Positions 1-13,330 of a stretch of DNA of 64,000 nt are shown here, one piece after another. Position 1 is the first letter of the stretch. Each line of letters begins with the position of its first letter. The position numbers and the translations under genes are program-made. The notes under the pieces are model-generated. The model did no database searches and was not told where the DNA came from. It saw only the letters and a program-made list of their open reading frames with translations. Source of the stretch: Eledone cirrhosa (Eukaryota); assembly GCA_964016885.1 (NCBI GenBank), contig OZ024751.1:49414001-49478000 (forward strand). The letters are read 5' to 3'.

Positions 1-417
1 CTGCTACATAAAATATAAATAATACTGCAGTATTAGAGAGGGGTGCATTATCTGGTTGGTTGTCACACCTGAATAAAGCGTAGTTATCTGTAGTCAATAA
101 ATTTGCTGCTCTACAACTGCATAAACACCATCATTATGATTATCACCATGCTTCTATACACAGCATAAGCCGACACCATAGTGAGGGATGGGGGGGGGGG
201 GATGAGAGATCGAAGCGAGTGAACGGATTCAATCAAAGAAAAAAGAAAAGTGTACTCTTTATTTGAATTCTTATCCTTAACGAAATAATAGTTGAGGCAG
301 CAATATTAATGCAATAGCTTTTGAATTTCTTTAACGCCACATGAATTTATTTCCCGGAAAGAGAACGATAAACACATCAAAATAATAATAATAATAATAA
401 TAATAATATTAATAATG

Positions 418-449
<32 letters not shown>

Positions 450-639
450 GATAATGCTTTATATAATAATAATAATACTGCAAGAGGTACAGAAAATAGT
501 GTTGATTGGTACTGTCCATGTCCTGAGAAGGGCATTATCAATTTAAACATTTGAAAGGACATTTACTGTTGTTTGTGCCCTTGTGGCATCATTTGTGTGA
601 CAATTGATTGTAACATGTGTGCATAGTCCGTGTGAATGC

Positions 640-913
640 ACCTGCCTTGAGCATAGGCCTGTAGATTGCAGTATAAAAACTGGGAGAGGACACTTTGCCC
701 TTGCGGACACGGTGACCGTGGCTTTTGTAAGATTTCTACACGAGTGACTTTTAGAGTTTCTTCCCCCTTTGAGGATTTGTTGTTTGTTTTAAATGTTTAT
801 TTTCTTAGTCCCTTTTATAAATGTTATTTTACACAAACAAAACCCCACACTGTATCGTCCTTTATCGTATTTAATGTGTCCTTAATGTGAGCCTTGTATG
901 GCTAATAAAGAAA
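640..913 (+). mobile_element. Probable 3' UTR remnant of a non-LTR retrotransposon (L1/Tx1-like)
   Basis: Ends in GGCTAATAAAGAAA next to an (ATT)n-like tract. Recalled resemblance to an octopus LINE 3' UTR. No ORF support. Confidence 0.3.
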
Positions 914-991
914 CCATTATTAGATTTTGCCTCAGATGTCAAGTTGACACTGGCTTGATTTGAGAAATAAGAAGAATTCAAATAATAATTT

Positions 992-1625
992 TTTCTACTT
1001 TTGGCAAAAGACCAGCAATTATCCCAGTGTATTACTGGTATTTTATTTTATCGACCCCGTAAGGATGAAAGGCAAAGTTAACCTCGGCGGGATTTGAGCT
1101 CAGGCCGTAAATATTTGCTGCAAAGCATGGCGTCCGACCCTCTACCGATACTGCCAACCCACCGCCCTTTCAAAAAATAATAATAATAATAATAATATTA
1201 ATGGTTTCTGATATAGGCACAAGACCAGCATTTTTGGGGGAGGGGAAACTCGATTAACTCGACCCCAGTGCGTCACTGGTGTTTTATTTTATCGACCACG
1301 TAAGGATGAATGGCAGAATTAACCTCGGCGGGATTTGAACTCAAATCATAAAGCGTCGCAACTCTATGCTGCAAAGCATGTTTTCCAACGTGCTACCGAT
1401 ACTGCGACTCGACCCCCCTAAAAATAATAATAACAATAATTGTTTCTACTTTAGGCACAAGGCCAGCAATTACCCAGTACATTACTGGTACTTTATTTTA
1501 TCGACCCAGTAAGGATGAAAGGCAAAGTCAACCTCGGGGGGATTTGAACTCAGATCGTAAAGGGACGTAACTATGCTGGAAAGCATGGCGGCCGACCCTC
1601 TACCGATACTGCCAATCCACCGCCC
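992..1625 (-). mobile_element. Three tandem tRNA-derived SINE copies (992-1167, 1205-1418, 1443-1625)
   Basis: Each copy read on the minus strand has an A-box-like TGGCAGTATCGG, a B-box-like GTTCAAATCC and the body TTTGCCTTTCATCCTTACGGGGTCGATAAAATAAAGTACCAG...GGCCTTGTGCC. Copies are separated by (TAA)n. Confidence 0.85.
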
Positions 1626-1649
1626 TTATTATAACAATAATAATAATAT

Positions 1650-1900
1650 AAGAAGATAAGGCCAAGACATACGTGCACCCTTATTGGTCAATATGCAAAA
1701 TAAATAAAAATGGAAAGCATGTATCCGATATGTGGCACTGCCAAATGTCCTTGATTAAAGAGATAAACAGAAGATATTCTGAGATTGCACAATCCAAACG
1801 AACACCAGGCTTGAGCAAGATATTGTAATTAAACATAGAAATAGTCGTGCCTTCTAGATTATTGGTGTTACCATCCCATAGCTTCTTTCAATGGAATTGA
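1650..1900 (+). pseudogene. Heavily decayed R4/Dong-like restriction-endonuclease-domain remnant
   Basis: Broken similarity to the WDxxIQT...DIVI...IxVxIP block seen intact at 47.6-48.0 kb. Confidence 0.3.
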
Positions 1901-2025
1901 AAATAAAATTAGAAAATATTCTAGTTGAAGCAAGCTGCGGTAGGGGTGGTAATATATTAAATCGAACACTGATTAATTGATAATAATATATAAAAGTATA
2001 AACCTACTATCTTTTATAATGATTT

Positions 2026-2077
<52 letters not shown>

Positions 2078-2297
2078 ATAATAATAAAATTGAAGACTAA
2101 AATCCAAAGAGGGCTCGATAAGGAAAATATATATCAAATATATAAGAGCCGAAGAGCAAATATTTATTAATATAACAGATTAAAGTTTAAGCAAAGAATC
2201 GCTGCTTTCACCCTTAACGGGATCTTCTGAATAATAAATATATATATATATATATATATAGAAAGATTTGAATGGATACAGTTTAGTTGAAAGGAAT

Positions 2298-2417
2298 TTA
2301 TTGACACGTGTTTCTATAACAGTTACATAACCTAAAACAGCTGCTATCTACAAACTTTTAGTTATGCAGACATTCAATATTTCAATGTTATTATTTACTG
2401 TCATTTCATCAGAATAA
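2298..2417 (-). ncRNA. Type I hammerhead ribozyme with long stem II
   Basis: Minus strand: UUAUU-CUGAUGA-A-AUGACAGU...ACUGUUAU-A-GAAAC-ACGU-GUC-AAUAA. Stem I is UUAUU/AAUAA and stem III is palindromic. Confidence 0.8.
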
Positions 2418-2792
2418 TATTACTGAGGACCTATTTAGTTTTTATAGAGAATATTAGGAGGGAGGGGTGAAGTTGTTAGAAGAATAGTTGAAGGAGTGGT
2501 TTTTCGATAACAGTGAGAATTCTTGGTGGCAGTGAGTAATTAGATTCCCATCTGTTGTTTTGACATTTTTTATAGAATATATTATTGGTTATTTTTCTAA
2601 ATCTATAGAAGGATTAGAGATAGTAAAGATATGCGTGGTTGGTTTTGTGTTTAATATTTATATTACAACACAACGGAAAATACTGTATATATATATATAT
2701 ATACGTAGGTCCCGGGTTGAGTTGGGGATAACCACAGTAAGTAAGGTACTCAATACATGGCAGAGTAAATTTTATTTTATTTTATAGAAGGA

Positions 2793-2841
2793 GCTTCTAC
2801 AGGACTAGTACTGTTTCATTCAGATGAAATCTTCAGGAAGC
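2793..2841 (-). ncRNA. Hammerhead ribozyme in an inverted cassette (2701-2910); inverted partial copy at 2843-2886
   Basis: GCUUC-CUGAAGA-UUUCAUCUGAAU-GAAACAG-UACUAGUC-CUGUA-GAAGC. Stems I and III pair, the triplet is GUA and the loop contains the palindrome ACUAGU. Confidence 0.75.
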
Positions 2842-2907
2842 ACTGAAGATTTCATCTGAATGAAACAGTACTAGTCCTGTAGAAGCTCCTTCTATAAAAT
2901 AAAAATA

Positions 2908-2989
<82 letters not shown>

Positions 2990-3180
2990 AATATATACAT
3001 GTATATATATATTGGAAAATGTGTGAGATCCTTGGTACAGTTAGATATATTTGAAAAAAGGCAAATAATGACTTCACTTGTAGTATTAAAAGATGTTTGA
3101 TTTAATTTTATAATATTATAATATAAAATTAAATCATAAACCTTTTAACACTACAAGTGAAGTCATTCTTTTCTTTTTTT

Positions 3181-3235
<55 letters not shown>

Positions 3236-3283
3236 CAAAATATTAACAAAGGAAAAATATTCTCATAATCAAAATATATACTT

Positions 3284-3343
3284 AATTTATATATTTCAAA
3301 GGTACTGTGTTGTATTTTCAATACGTCCTCTTCAGACAAAATA
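3284..3343 (-). ncRNA. Degenerate hammerhead (same family as 9517-9582)
   Basis: UAUUUUGU-CUGAAGA-GGAC...GUACCUUU-GAAAUAUAUA-AAUU. Stem I is imperfect. Confidence 0.5.
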
Positions 3344-3506
3344 TATGATTTGATATATGACATACCGCTACCGTCTTCATTATTCAATTCTAGTATTGGC
3401 ATATATATATATGTATATACCCTATTTTAAAAACTATCTTTATAGCATTGCTGCGCTTGAGCACTTTCTCTATTCTTCTATATGTTTATACAAACACACA
3501 CACAAA

Positions 3507-3568
<62 letters not shown>

Positions 3569-3681
3569 CATTTACATATATACATATACATATAATATCC
3601 TATACGAGTAAGGATATCACGCGGAAGTAACAGAGTGAATGAGTTGTGCTAAACCGAACGGAACTATGATCCCTGGTGTAA

Positions 3682-3739
<58 letters not shown>

Positions 3740-4588
3740 GTTTGTGTCTCAATAATAAGAGCTTAATTAAATTGAATGAATGAGAAAATAACCGATGCTG
3801 TGTCAGCCCTATTCGATAGCTTCGTTTCATTATTGCCATTATAATTATATATCTATGTGCTTTGATATATTCTTCTACTAGTTGTGTGGCGTTTCTTTAT
3901 TGATGGTGATGTGTACTGATGTTTGTTCCCTTCGAGTACAGTTTTACTGTCCATTTACCGTAGTTGATTCCCTTTGCGTAGTAACTTGCACTGTTGACAT
4001 ATAAAATTTAAACTGTTTTATTTTTTGGGTTTTTGTATTTTGTTTTGTTTGTTCTCATCGCATGGCGAAACACGAGTGAACAAAAAATCTCTCCTGTTCT
4101 CAGCTAAAACAAAATTTAAATAAGATATATAAAAAGCCGTATAACGAAATTAAACGAGCGAATTCCTTAATGTCTAATTTATCCTTTTACAAATTCGGTA
4201 ATTCCCAAACCACTGAATTTGGAATTAAACATTAACGGCTTAAGCAGTCTAAAACACATACAGACTCAGTAGCGTACATAAGTTTACATGTGTGTATATA
4301 AGTATAGACATCGGTATATACCCCCCCACACACACACACAATCACACATATGCCCAGACCCAGACACACACATACACAGATATCTATCTATCTCTCAATA
4401 TATATATATAGAGAGAGAGGGAGAGAGATAGAGAGAGACAGAGAGAGAGAGAGTGTGTGTGTGTGTATATATATATATACATATTTATATATACATATAA
4501 ATATATGTATTTATATATATACATATACATATATATATATACATATATTTATATGTATATATACATATGTATATATATATATACATAC

Positions 4589-4636
<48 letters not shown>

Positions 4637-4694
4637 GTACATATATATATGTATACATACATATATATTTGTGTTGTTATTTCTGTTTACCTTT

Positions 4695-4727
<33 letters not shown>

Positions 4728-4748
4728 GTATACATATATATGTACATA

Positions 4749-4821
<73 letters not shown>

Positions 4822-6241
4822 ATGTGTATGTATATATGTATCTACACACGGGCGTTTGTATGTGAGTGCATACATGTGTGTGTATTTAAAAAAGAAAAGT
4901 TTACATACATACACAAGAACACAATAATTGATGGAGGTTAAAAAAAATGCTGAAATAAGGGAAAAATAAAAACATTACAAAACGTAATTATATTTTGGAG
5001 AGTCCATTTAATTTTCTCTTTGTTGTTTTGTTTTGAGGAATATTCTCATGTTGTCAGTATTTTATATATTATCTTTATTATTTTTTAAAATTTATTTATA
5101 TATGTTAGAATTTAATCTAACATGGGCTGGAAATCTAAACTTATGCTTCCACTACCTTATTCTTCTCAGACTTTGACGTCAAACTCTAGCAAGAAGTCTC
5201 AGATATTACTTTCGTATTTCTTTGATGTTGTCTAAATTTTTCGACCAAATCGTTGCTGCTGATTGAGGCTTAACTATTTTAATTTAAGTAAGCCAAGCTA
5301 AACAATATTGGCTTAGTGTTTCTGGTTTCACGTAGAGTTGAACAAAAAAAATCTTTTTTCTTTCCACATGTTTAACACTCTAAGCAACCAAGATTGTGTC
5401 TGTGTTATTGTTAACAGCACTTGCGTGAAATAACACACCTTCTCCATTCTATCCGCCGGGGACGTGGGGCGGCCAGCATGTGGGACCCCGTTTATAATAG
5501 TGTAATAGTGAGAGATGGGGAGGGCGAGAGAGATGGAGGCGATGACAATGGGAGTTCGGCTCCTCTGTGTTCGGACCTGGTTTACGTGTATGTTCATGCT
5601 TACTGTCTTATCATATAGACACCTTTATGAATATATTTATACATAATAACAATTACTAAAACGCCATCAACAACACTGCATTTTCTAGAAAACACAACAT
5701 AGCCTCTTGAAAAGAAGGCAAGTAAATACTTGTCGTTTCAGCAGAATATACACCGTACAAATTCTCACTTTTTTAAATATTTGGTCACAGGAAGCTGACT
5801 CAGGCGCAACCTGGCGGCAAAGCTGAACATCATTCGTGTTTGGAATTAGTATATACCAGATGAATTCTGAGATTATAGATATGCGAGTTACATAAAAAAA
5901 AACCTATGAGGAATATATAACTGGCTTCCTATCCCCGAATCAAGAATTATCGAGAAAGCCTGGTTCCCTCTTTCAGAATACTTACATTCACTTAACGGTG
6001 TAAACCTCGTCAACAATCTCATAACCCCAGAATATTGTATTGTGTCAGAGATAGTGGTTACAATGCAACCTTCGATAAACTGGTCTATTAGATCAGTGTG
6101 TCTTCCGCTTCATCAGCTATCGTCATCACATATACAAGAAACATAGACTGCGATCGGTAGACGCAGTATGAAAACACAGGTAATGGTGGCTACTACTAAC
6201 CCAATACGAAATTGTCATCTTGACCTTAATTTCTCTCTCTT

Positions 6242-6370
<129 letters not shown>

Positions 6371-6681
6371 ATAATAATAAATTTGAAGACTAATATATAT
6401 ATATATATATATATATGTACCCACACACACATATATATATACATACATATATATATACATATATATATGTATGTATATATATGTATATATATATATATAA
6501 ATATATAATATGTATATATATTGTATATATATATGTGTGTGTGGGTGTGTGTTATGTGCATATTTGTGAGCACATGTGTGCATATCTGTAAAAGTGTATG
6601 AATTTATGTATATACGTATGTGTGTATGTGCAGCTCTCTGGATTTAGAAAAAAGTCCAATTAACAGATGTAGAGAGAGAGA

Positions 6682-6718
<37 letters not shown>

Positions 6719-7360
6719 GTGATGTAGAGGCAGAGAAAGGCTGTGAGAGTTTGATCTAAGAAAATTATATATACGTGTGTGAGCGTGTGTGAGAGAGAGA
6801 GGGGGTGTATATGCATATGCCCATGTGTGTATATATGCGAAAACACGCATTTATGCACCAACACGCACACACACACATTCACACACATACACTCGCACAC
6901 ATACACTCACATACATACACACAACCATTTATAAATAACTTGATGTCACTTGATCAATTTTCTTGTTCATTTGCCGACTGCTTTTTTCGCTTTATTCAAT
7001 TATATTTCGCTAATTAAGCAATTAATTTGCTTTTATTAGTTTCCTTAATCGAACTGGGAGTATAATCAATAACAATTAGTTCATTATTTAACATTCATAC
7101 GATGGAGAATGACACAAAAATCAAATGCCGTTTCGTTTCTAATATATGTATCTATACATACAGAGAGAAGAAGATAAAATACATTTGTGTATAATTGTTA
7201 CTATACCGCCTTGGCTCAGCTGCGTTACTACGGAAATAGGTTTACCTTCTGCTATATTACAAATAGATGCATACATACCTACATGCTTAGATTCATACAT
7301 TAACACCAACACGTACACACATGCATACCCATATTCATTTATACGCACATCTCTCTCTCT

Positions 7361-7481
<121 letters not shown>

Positions 7482-7514
7482 ATCTCTATGCATATATATG
7501 TATATGTATATATA

Positions 7515-7571
<57 letters not shown>

Positions 7572-7588
7572 ATACTTTGAGAAACGAA

Positions 7589-7695
<107 letters not shown>

Positions 7696-7761
7696 TGTGT
7701 GTGTGTGTGTGTATATATGTGTGTGTGTATATATATATGTGTGTGTGTATATATATATATA

Positions 7762-7802
<41 letters not shown>

Positions 7803-7807
7803 GTATT

Positions 7808-7899
7808 TGTTATTGCTCGCACCAACTAGAGGTATATGATTTTTAAAGCGATGAAATACCAATGACAGTTGGAAGATCACTGATGAAGGACTCCATTTT

Positions 7900-7941
<42 letters not shown>

Positions 7942-8182
7942 AAAATGGAGCGCTGCGTGGTTTCACATGGGTTACATATGAATACAATTAGTCCTTCATC
8001 AGTGATCTTCCAACTGTCATTGGTATTTCATCGCTTTAAAAATCATATACCTCTAGTTGGTGCGAGCAATAACAAATACATTTATTGGGACAAGTAAAAT
8101 AGGGTGAAACGAGCGAGACATGTAAACAAACAACGTTGGTATGGCAAAGATAGGAAGAGACAAGCACATGAAATCTGTTTCG

Positions 8183-8187
<5 letters not shown>
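7808..8187. mobile_element. Inverted-repeat cassette in (TA)n; same family as 57290-58390
   Basis: About 7800-7905 is inverted at about 7937-8080, apart from a ~40-bp segment present only in the right arm. CTGATGA is present but no complete HHR fold was found. Confidence 0.55.
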
Positions 8188-8268
<81 letters not shown>

Positions 8269-8309
8269 CGAACCATAAGTCAATTGCATGAACTCATAAT
8301 CCTTTATTT

Positions 8310-8365
8310 ATTGCTATATATATTTCGATGATAGCCATTGTATGGCTATGACCTCATCAGGCAGT
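8310..8365 (-). ncRNA. Hammerhead ribozyme (second copy at 36072-36127)
   Basis: ACUGC-CUGAUGA-GGUCAUAGCCAU-ACA-AUGGCUAUCAUC-GAAAUAUAUAUA-GCAAU. Confidence 0.75.
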
Positions 8366-8408
8366 TAGCCAGCTCTGTGTTTATAGTGTTGATGGTATCA
8401 GAGCCTTG

Positions 8409-8464
<56 letters not shown>

Positions 8465-8709
8465 GATAGGGGTGTATATTAAGACATATGCGATATGTTT
8501 ATATATAAGAAACATGCGAAACTATAAATGATTTAAGTTGTGATTATATGAAATGTATTTCATTGACATGAGATAGATGTGAAATATTGTGGTATGTTTA
8601 TCATACATAGATGATTGGTACATGCTTTTATGAAGTACTCTATTTTAGAGTACGCAAACGTACACATGCAGTCACATATAAGTAAATATATATATATATA
8701 TATATATGC

Positions 8710-9098
8710 AAAGTTTTATTTAAATTGTTGGGTTACAACGAGTAAATATTTATAACTGATATAAAAGCACTCAACAAGTATTTGGAGTATATTTACGATA
8801 TTAAATAAATGGAAACTATATTTATAAAACCATATTTATTTCATTATATATATTTCAGGGATATCATATTAAAAATATGGTATGCCTTCATCAGACAAAA
8901 TACAATATAAACAGTCTTATAAATAGATAGATTTGACATACCTTACACTTCAACTTCCATTTAAAAAGTTGATTTGGTAGACTTATATTGTATTTTGTCT
9001 GATGAAGGCATACCATATTTTTAATATGATATCCCTGAAATATATATAATGAAATAAATATGGTTTTATAAATATAGTTTCCATTTATTTAATATCGT
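8710..9098. mobile_element. PLE-type inverted cassette with two HHRs (8837-8902 minus; 8991-9056 plus)
   Basis: UAUUUUGU-CUGAUGA-AGG...CCU-GAAAUAUAUAUA-AUGAAAUA on both arms. (TA)n flanks. Related copies at 15826-16107 and 35537-35697. Confidence 0.8.
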
Positions 9099-9308
9099 AT
9101 ATATATATATATATATATATACGTGCAAAAGATTCAGTAAGTCCGAATAAAACTGGTCAAAGAAGCAATGTCAGCTCTCGATGCAAACGAGAGTGTATAT
9201 AATCTGTATTACTAATATATATATATATACTGTGTATATATATATATATATTACCAGTACAGATTGAATTTTAAGCAAAAGTGTCTGCTTTCAGCCCGTT
9301 ACAAGAAA

Positions 9309-9369
<61 letters not shown>

Positions 9370-9372
<3 letters not shown>

Positions 9373-9765
9373 AGAGTTAAACAAGATTCAATGAATACAT
9401 CAAAGAATGAGTTTTACAATAGTTTTACCTTGGAAGCACTCTACAAGAAAATGATTTCCAGAGTTATTAATATTAATTCAAAATATTAACAAAATAGATA
9501 TTCGTGTGATCAATTATATTTTATTAACATATTTCAGAGGTACTGAATTAAGTTCAACAGTACGTCCTCATCAGATAAAATAAAATGAGACATGACATAC
9601 CCTGACATGGTAGATGGTTAAGATTTACTACCATGAATAAATCGTAACCATCTACGATGTCAGGGTATGTCATAAATCATTTTATTTTATCTGTTGAAAT
9701 ATGTATAATAAAATATAATTGATCACAAGAATATCTAGTTTGTTACTATTTTGAATTAATATTAT
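9370..9765. mobile_element. PLE-type inverted cassette with HHR at 9517-9582 (minus)
   Basis: UAUUUUAU-CUGAUGA-GGACGUACUG...CAGUACCUCU-GAAAUAUGUUA-AUAAAAUA. Central palindrome at 9593-9673. The right arm lacks stem II. Confidence 0.8.
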
Positions 9766-9783
9766 ATATATTTATATATATAT

Positions 9784-9814
<31 letters not shown>

Positions 9815-10892
9815 ATTTCGTACATATATAGACACTTATGTGTAGAGATAGTTATATAAATATCACTCTTATTACTTTCTATCTCTATTCCGTATCTTAT
9901 TGAATCGAATAGTATAACTGTATGAACGTATTGTGTATTACATATACATTCTCGGTTGTGGTGTTCGTGTGGGGGGTGATAATGGTGTCCTGGTGGTGTC
10001 GATAGGAGAGCAAATATAGCATGTAAAATTATATAAAATGCTAAACATGTGGTGTATTGGTCACATTGCAATATACTCCAACACAATATATAGATATTGC
10101 TTAATAGTAAATTAAATCTATCTCCTTTAAAATATAAAGAAAAGAAATAGAAAGCTTATATTAACATATTAGACGGAATATTTTTCTCCGCCATACGTAG
10201 GAAGCATTTTAAATATTATTTTTGTTTTGGTTTTGTTTAAAATATTCCTTGTTCATTCACTTAACATTCCTTGTTTATGTCATTTTTACAAATCAGAACT
10301 TACCGCCCATCGTTAGTGTCAGCTGAAAATCCAATCCTTAAATACCACATGATCGTTTTTCTTCTCTTTCGCTCTTTGGATATATTTCGTCTATGTTTAC
10401 GTTATTTTCTTGTGATTTTCCACGAGAATTCGTTATTACTTTTCTTTATATACATTTGAATTTTTTCTTCTAAGGGAGCAAGAATTGTGGTGAATCATTA
10501 TTGAGAATCATGTCTTTCGTTGGGAATACGTGACAACTAAAGATTCAGTGACAGGTTAAGAATTAGTAGCTATTTGCTATTACCAATAGAATATAAATCA
10601 TTTCGAGTTTTCTTGTTAGTTTATGTATATGTAATTTTGTATTCTAATTTTATCCAATTTTTTTTAAACATTTAAAGTAAGTCATTTTTTGCCGTCGTTT
10701 TCATCATCACCGTCATCACTGGTGCTGTTTTAGTTGTAGTTATTGTCGTTGTTGTTCTTGTAATGTAATTCTAAAATAGTTTTTGTTTCTTGTTTTCGTA
10801 TACCCTCTTTTTAGATTATCTTTTTGCCTCTCTAATACTTGGTATTTTGGGATGTTGGGTGCTAGCCACGAAGTTAAAAGTTTTAAAAGGAC

Positions 10893-10899
<7 letters not shown>

Positions 10900-10968
<69 letters not shown>

Positions 10969-10976
10969 GTATGTTT

Positions 10977-11010
<34 letters not shown>

Positions 11011-11384
11011 ACACATATATATATATGTTTATATATATATGTATGTTTATATATATATATATATGTATATATATACTGTACACATATATATATGTTTATA
11101 TATATATGTATGTTTATATATATATATATGTATATATATATACTGTACACATATATATATGTTTATATATATATGTATGTTTATATATATATGTATGTTT
11201 ATATATATATATATATGTATATATATACTGTACATATATATATATGTTTATATATATATGTATGTTTATATATATATATATATGTATATATATACTGTAC
11301 ATATATATATATGTTTATATATATATGTATGTTTATATATATATATGTGTATATATATATGTATATATATATATAAACACACAC

Positions 11385-11458
<74 letters not shown>

Positions 11459-11490
11459 TTTATGTGTGTGTGTGTATGCATATATATATT
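10900..11490. repeat. Compound (TA)n with a ~67-85 bp higher-order unit marked by TACTGTACA
   Basis: TACTGTACA recurs four times between 11074 and 11301 within TA/TATGTT repeats. Confidence 0.7.
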
Positions 11491-12015
11491 TCGAAAGAAG
11501 GCGATAAAAATATATACACATTTAGAAGAAGTGTATAATAAAATAATAATAGAAACACCATTCAAAAACTTTTAGCGAAGAAAAAAGAAAATTCATGTTA
11601 AGTTTTTTTCTGAAAAACTGTCAATTTGGACTTTCCCGGATTTGTGATTCCTTGAGGTTTTGACTTCAATAAAAAAACTAAAATAATAAAGAAATCAAAG
11701 AATGAAAATAAAGAAAAAGAAAAAATACAAAATTTCTCTTCTATTCTCTTTAGCATCATAGTGGAGAACAAAATATCACTTTTGCACAGTATCACTGCAT
11801 GTAGCCGGAAGCATATCGCAATGGATAAAAAATATTCTTAAAGATTTCTCGAAAAATTCACATTTCAACTATATAGATAGGTGTATATCTATCTATCTAT
11901 CAATCTATCTATCTATCTATTTATTTATCTATCTATCTATCAATCAATCAGCCTATCTATTTATTTATCTATATATATATATATATATCTACCTATCTAT
12001 CTGTCTGTCTACCTA

Positions 12016-12050
<35 letters not shown>

Positions 12051-12053
<3 letters not shown>

Positions 12054-12245
12054 GGAACGAGTAAGACCCCGACGGCTGAGCTCAAGCCGTTTCGACGGCT
12101 AATTGTGGACTGAATTAGCCGTTGAAACGGCTTGAGCTCAGCCGTCGGGGTCCTACTCGTTCCTATTACCCACTCTACTACCCTAAGTATTGAGTACTTT
12201 GGTGCGTTATGGTCCATCTGGTGCCGTACCACATTTCCTTCGTTA
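12051..12245. mobile_element. PLE 3'-end fold-back cassette with the 3' half of an HHR; relatives at 20795-20995, 30531-30628, 40497-40686, 43526-43574
   Basis: Palindrome at 12051-12166 containing GAAACGGCTTGAGCTCAGCCGTC-GGGGTCC (stem III plus GUC). The tail GTATTGAGTAC...TACCACA runs into (TA)n. Confidence 0.65.
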
Positions 12246-12599
12246 TATATATATATATATATACACGCACAAAGAGATGAGAGAGAACAAAATAGAGTGA
12301 AACAGAGAAAGGAAGATGACTATTAGTGGGTATATAAATAGATAGACAGAAAGACATACAAATAGTTTTGATAGATGAGACGTGTAGAGAATCACATGTC
12401 CCGAAATACCAAGAGAGAAATGGTAGGGAGGAATTTGGAGGTGAGGAATAATAGGGATATTGAAAACCGCTGCCAATGCTTAAACATGCACACAATTGAT
12501 TAAAGACATGCCCTAAAGGATAGTCGATATTTAGGTTAAAAAGTTGGACCTAAACCGCAAATCGATATGAATTATTAATAATAACAATAACAATGGAAA

Positions 12600-13330
12600 C
12601 AACATTTTTAACAACAGGAACAGCAACAACATCATCATAGACAATGGCAAGTTCTACAGACCTATGGAGGAAAGGAAAACAGGAATCAACAAACCGCCTA
12701 AAATTGAAGAAGCTGAAGATTTTTTATGCAAAATTTGGGAAGTATTTTAGATTTTAAGACGGTAGGATGAAAATATGAAAATAATGTATCAGGAAGGGTC
12801 AGTTAGCAAAAACCCTGATTTCAGAAATGTTATCAATATATCCTATAATTAGAAGTCACCTCTATTTGATGGGATCGAACATTTCTGGCTATAGAATCTA
12901 CTAAGACTTAACCAATGTATATACCCATACTGTACAAAATCCATAACATGAGGCACATCATCCTGTTTCATATAAGAAAAAAATCATGACCCCCCCCCCC
13001 CCCCATCCCACACCCACACACACTCCAATTACAGGCCCAATACCAGCTTACCACCGATTTTCAAGATCCTAAAGTATTATCAATGAGAGAACGTACATTA
13101 ACAGGAATTTGCTAACAGGATAGTATAAGAGGTTTAGAAGAGGAAGTTTTCTGTGTAAAGATCAGTGACTTGAAAATTAATGAATATTTAAAGCAGCCAT
13201 ATAGAAAAAAGAAAAATCTATGAACAGCATTGATTGCTCACAAAAGCCTTCCTTATAACAACAATTTTTTTAAAAGATAACATGCAAAAATTGGAAATCA
13301 ACGATTTATCTAAACGTCATTGAAGGGGTG
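12600..13330 (+). pseudogene. Decayed R4/Dong-like reverse transcriptase fragment
   Basis: Ordered broken motifs matching N.KSP..DGI..FWL, NYRP...LP.IFKIL and RRGS..CKDQ, as in the RTs at 48.7-52.3 kb. Confidence 0.55.

Noticed and set aside
992-1625. tRNA genes
   Set aside because: The A and B boxes belong to SINE heads. No cloverleaf, and a shared SINE body follows.
2195-2230. HHR-like CAGAAGA-TCCC..GGGT-GAAAG (also near 58832 and 9285)
   Set aside because: Core is mutated and stems I and III cannot be closed. Probably a decayed cassette, so not called.
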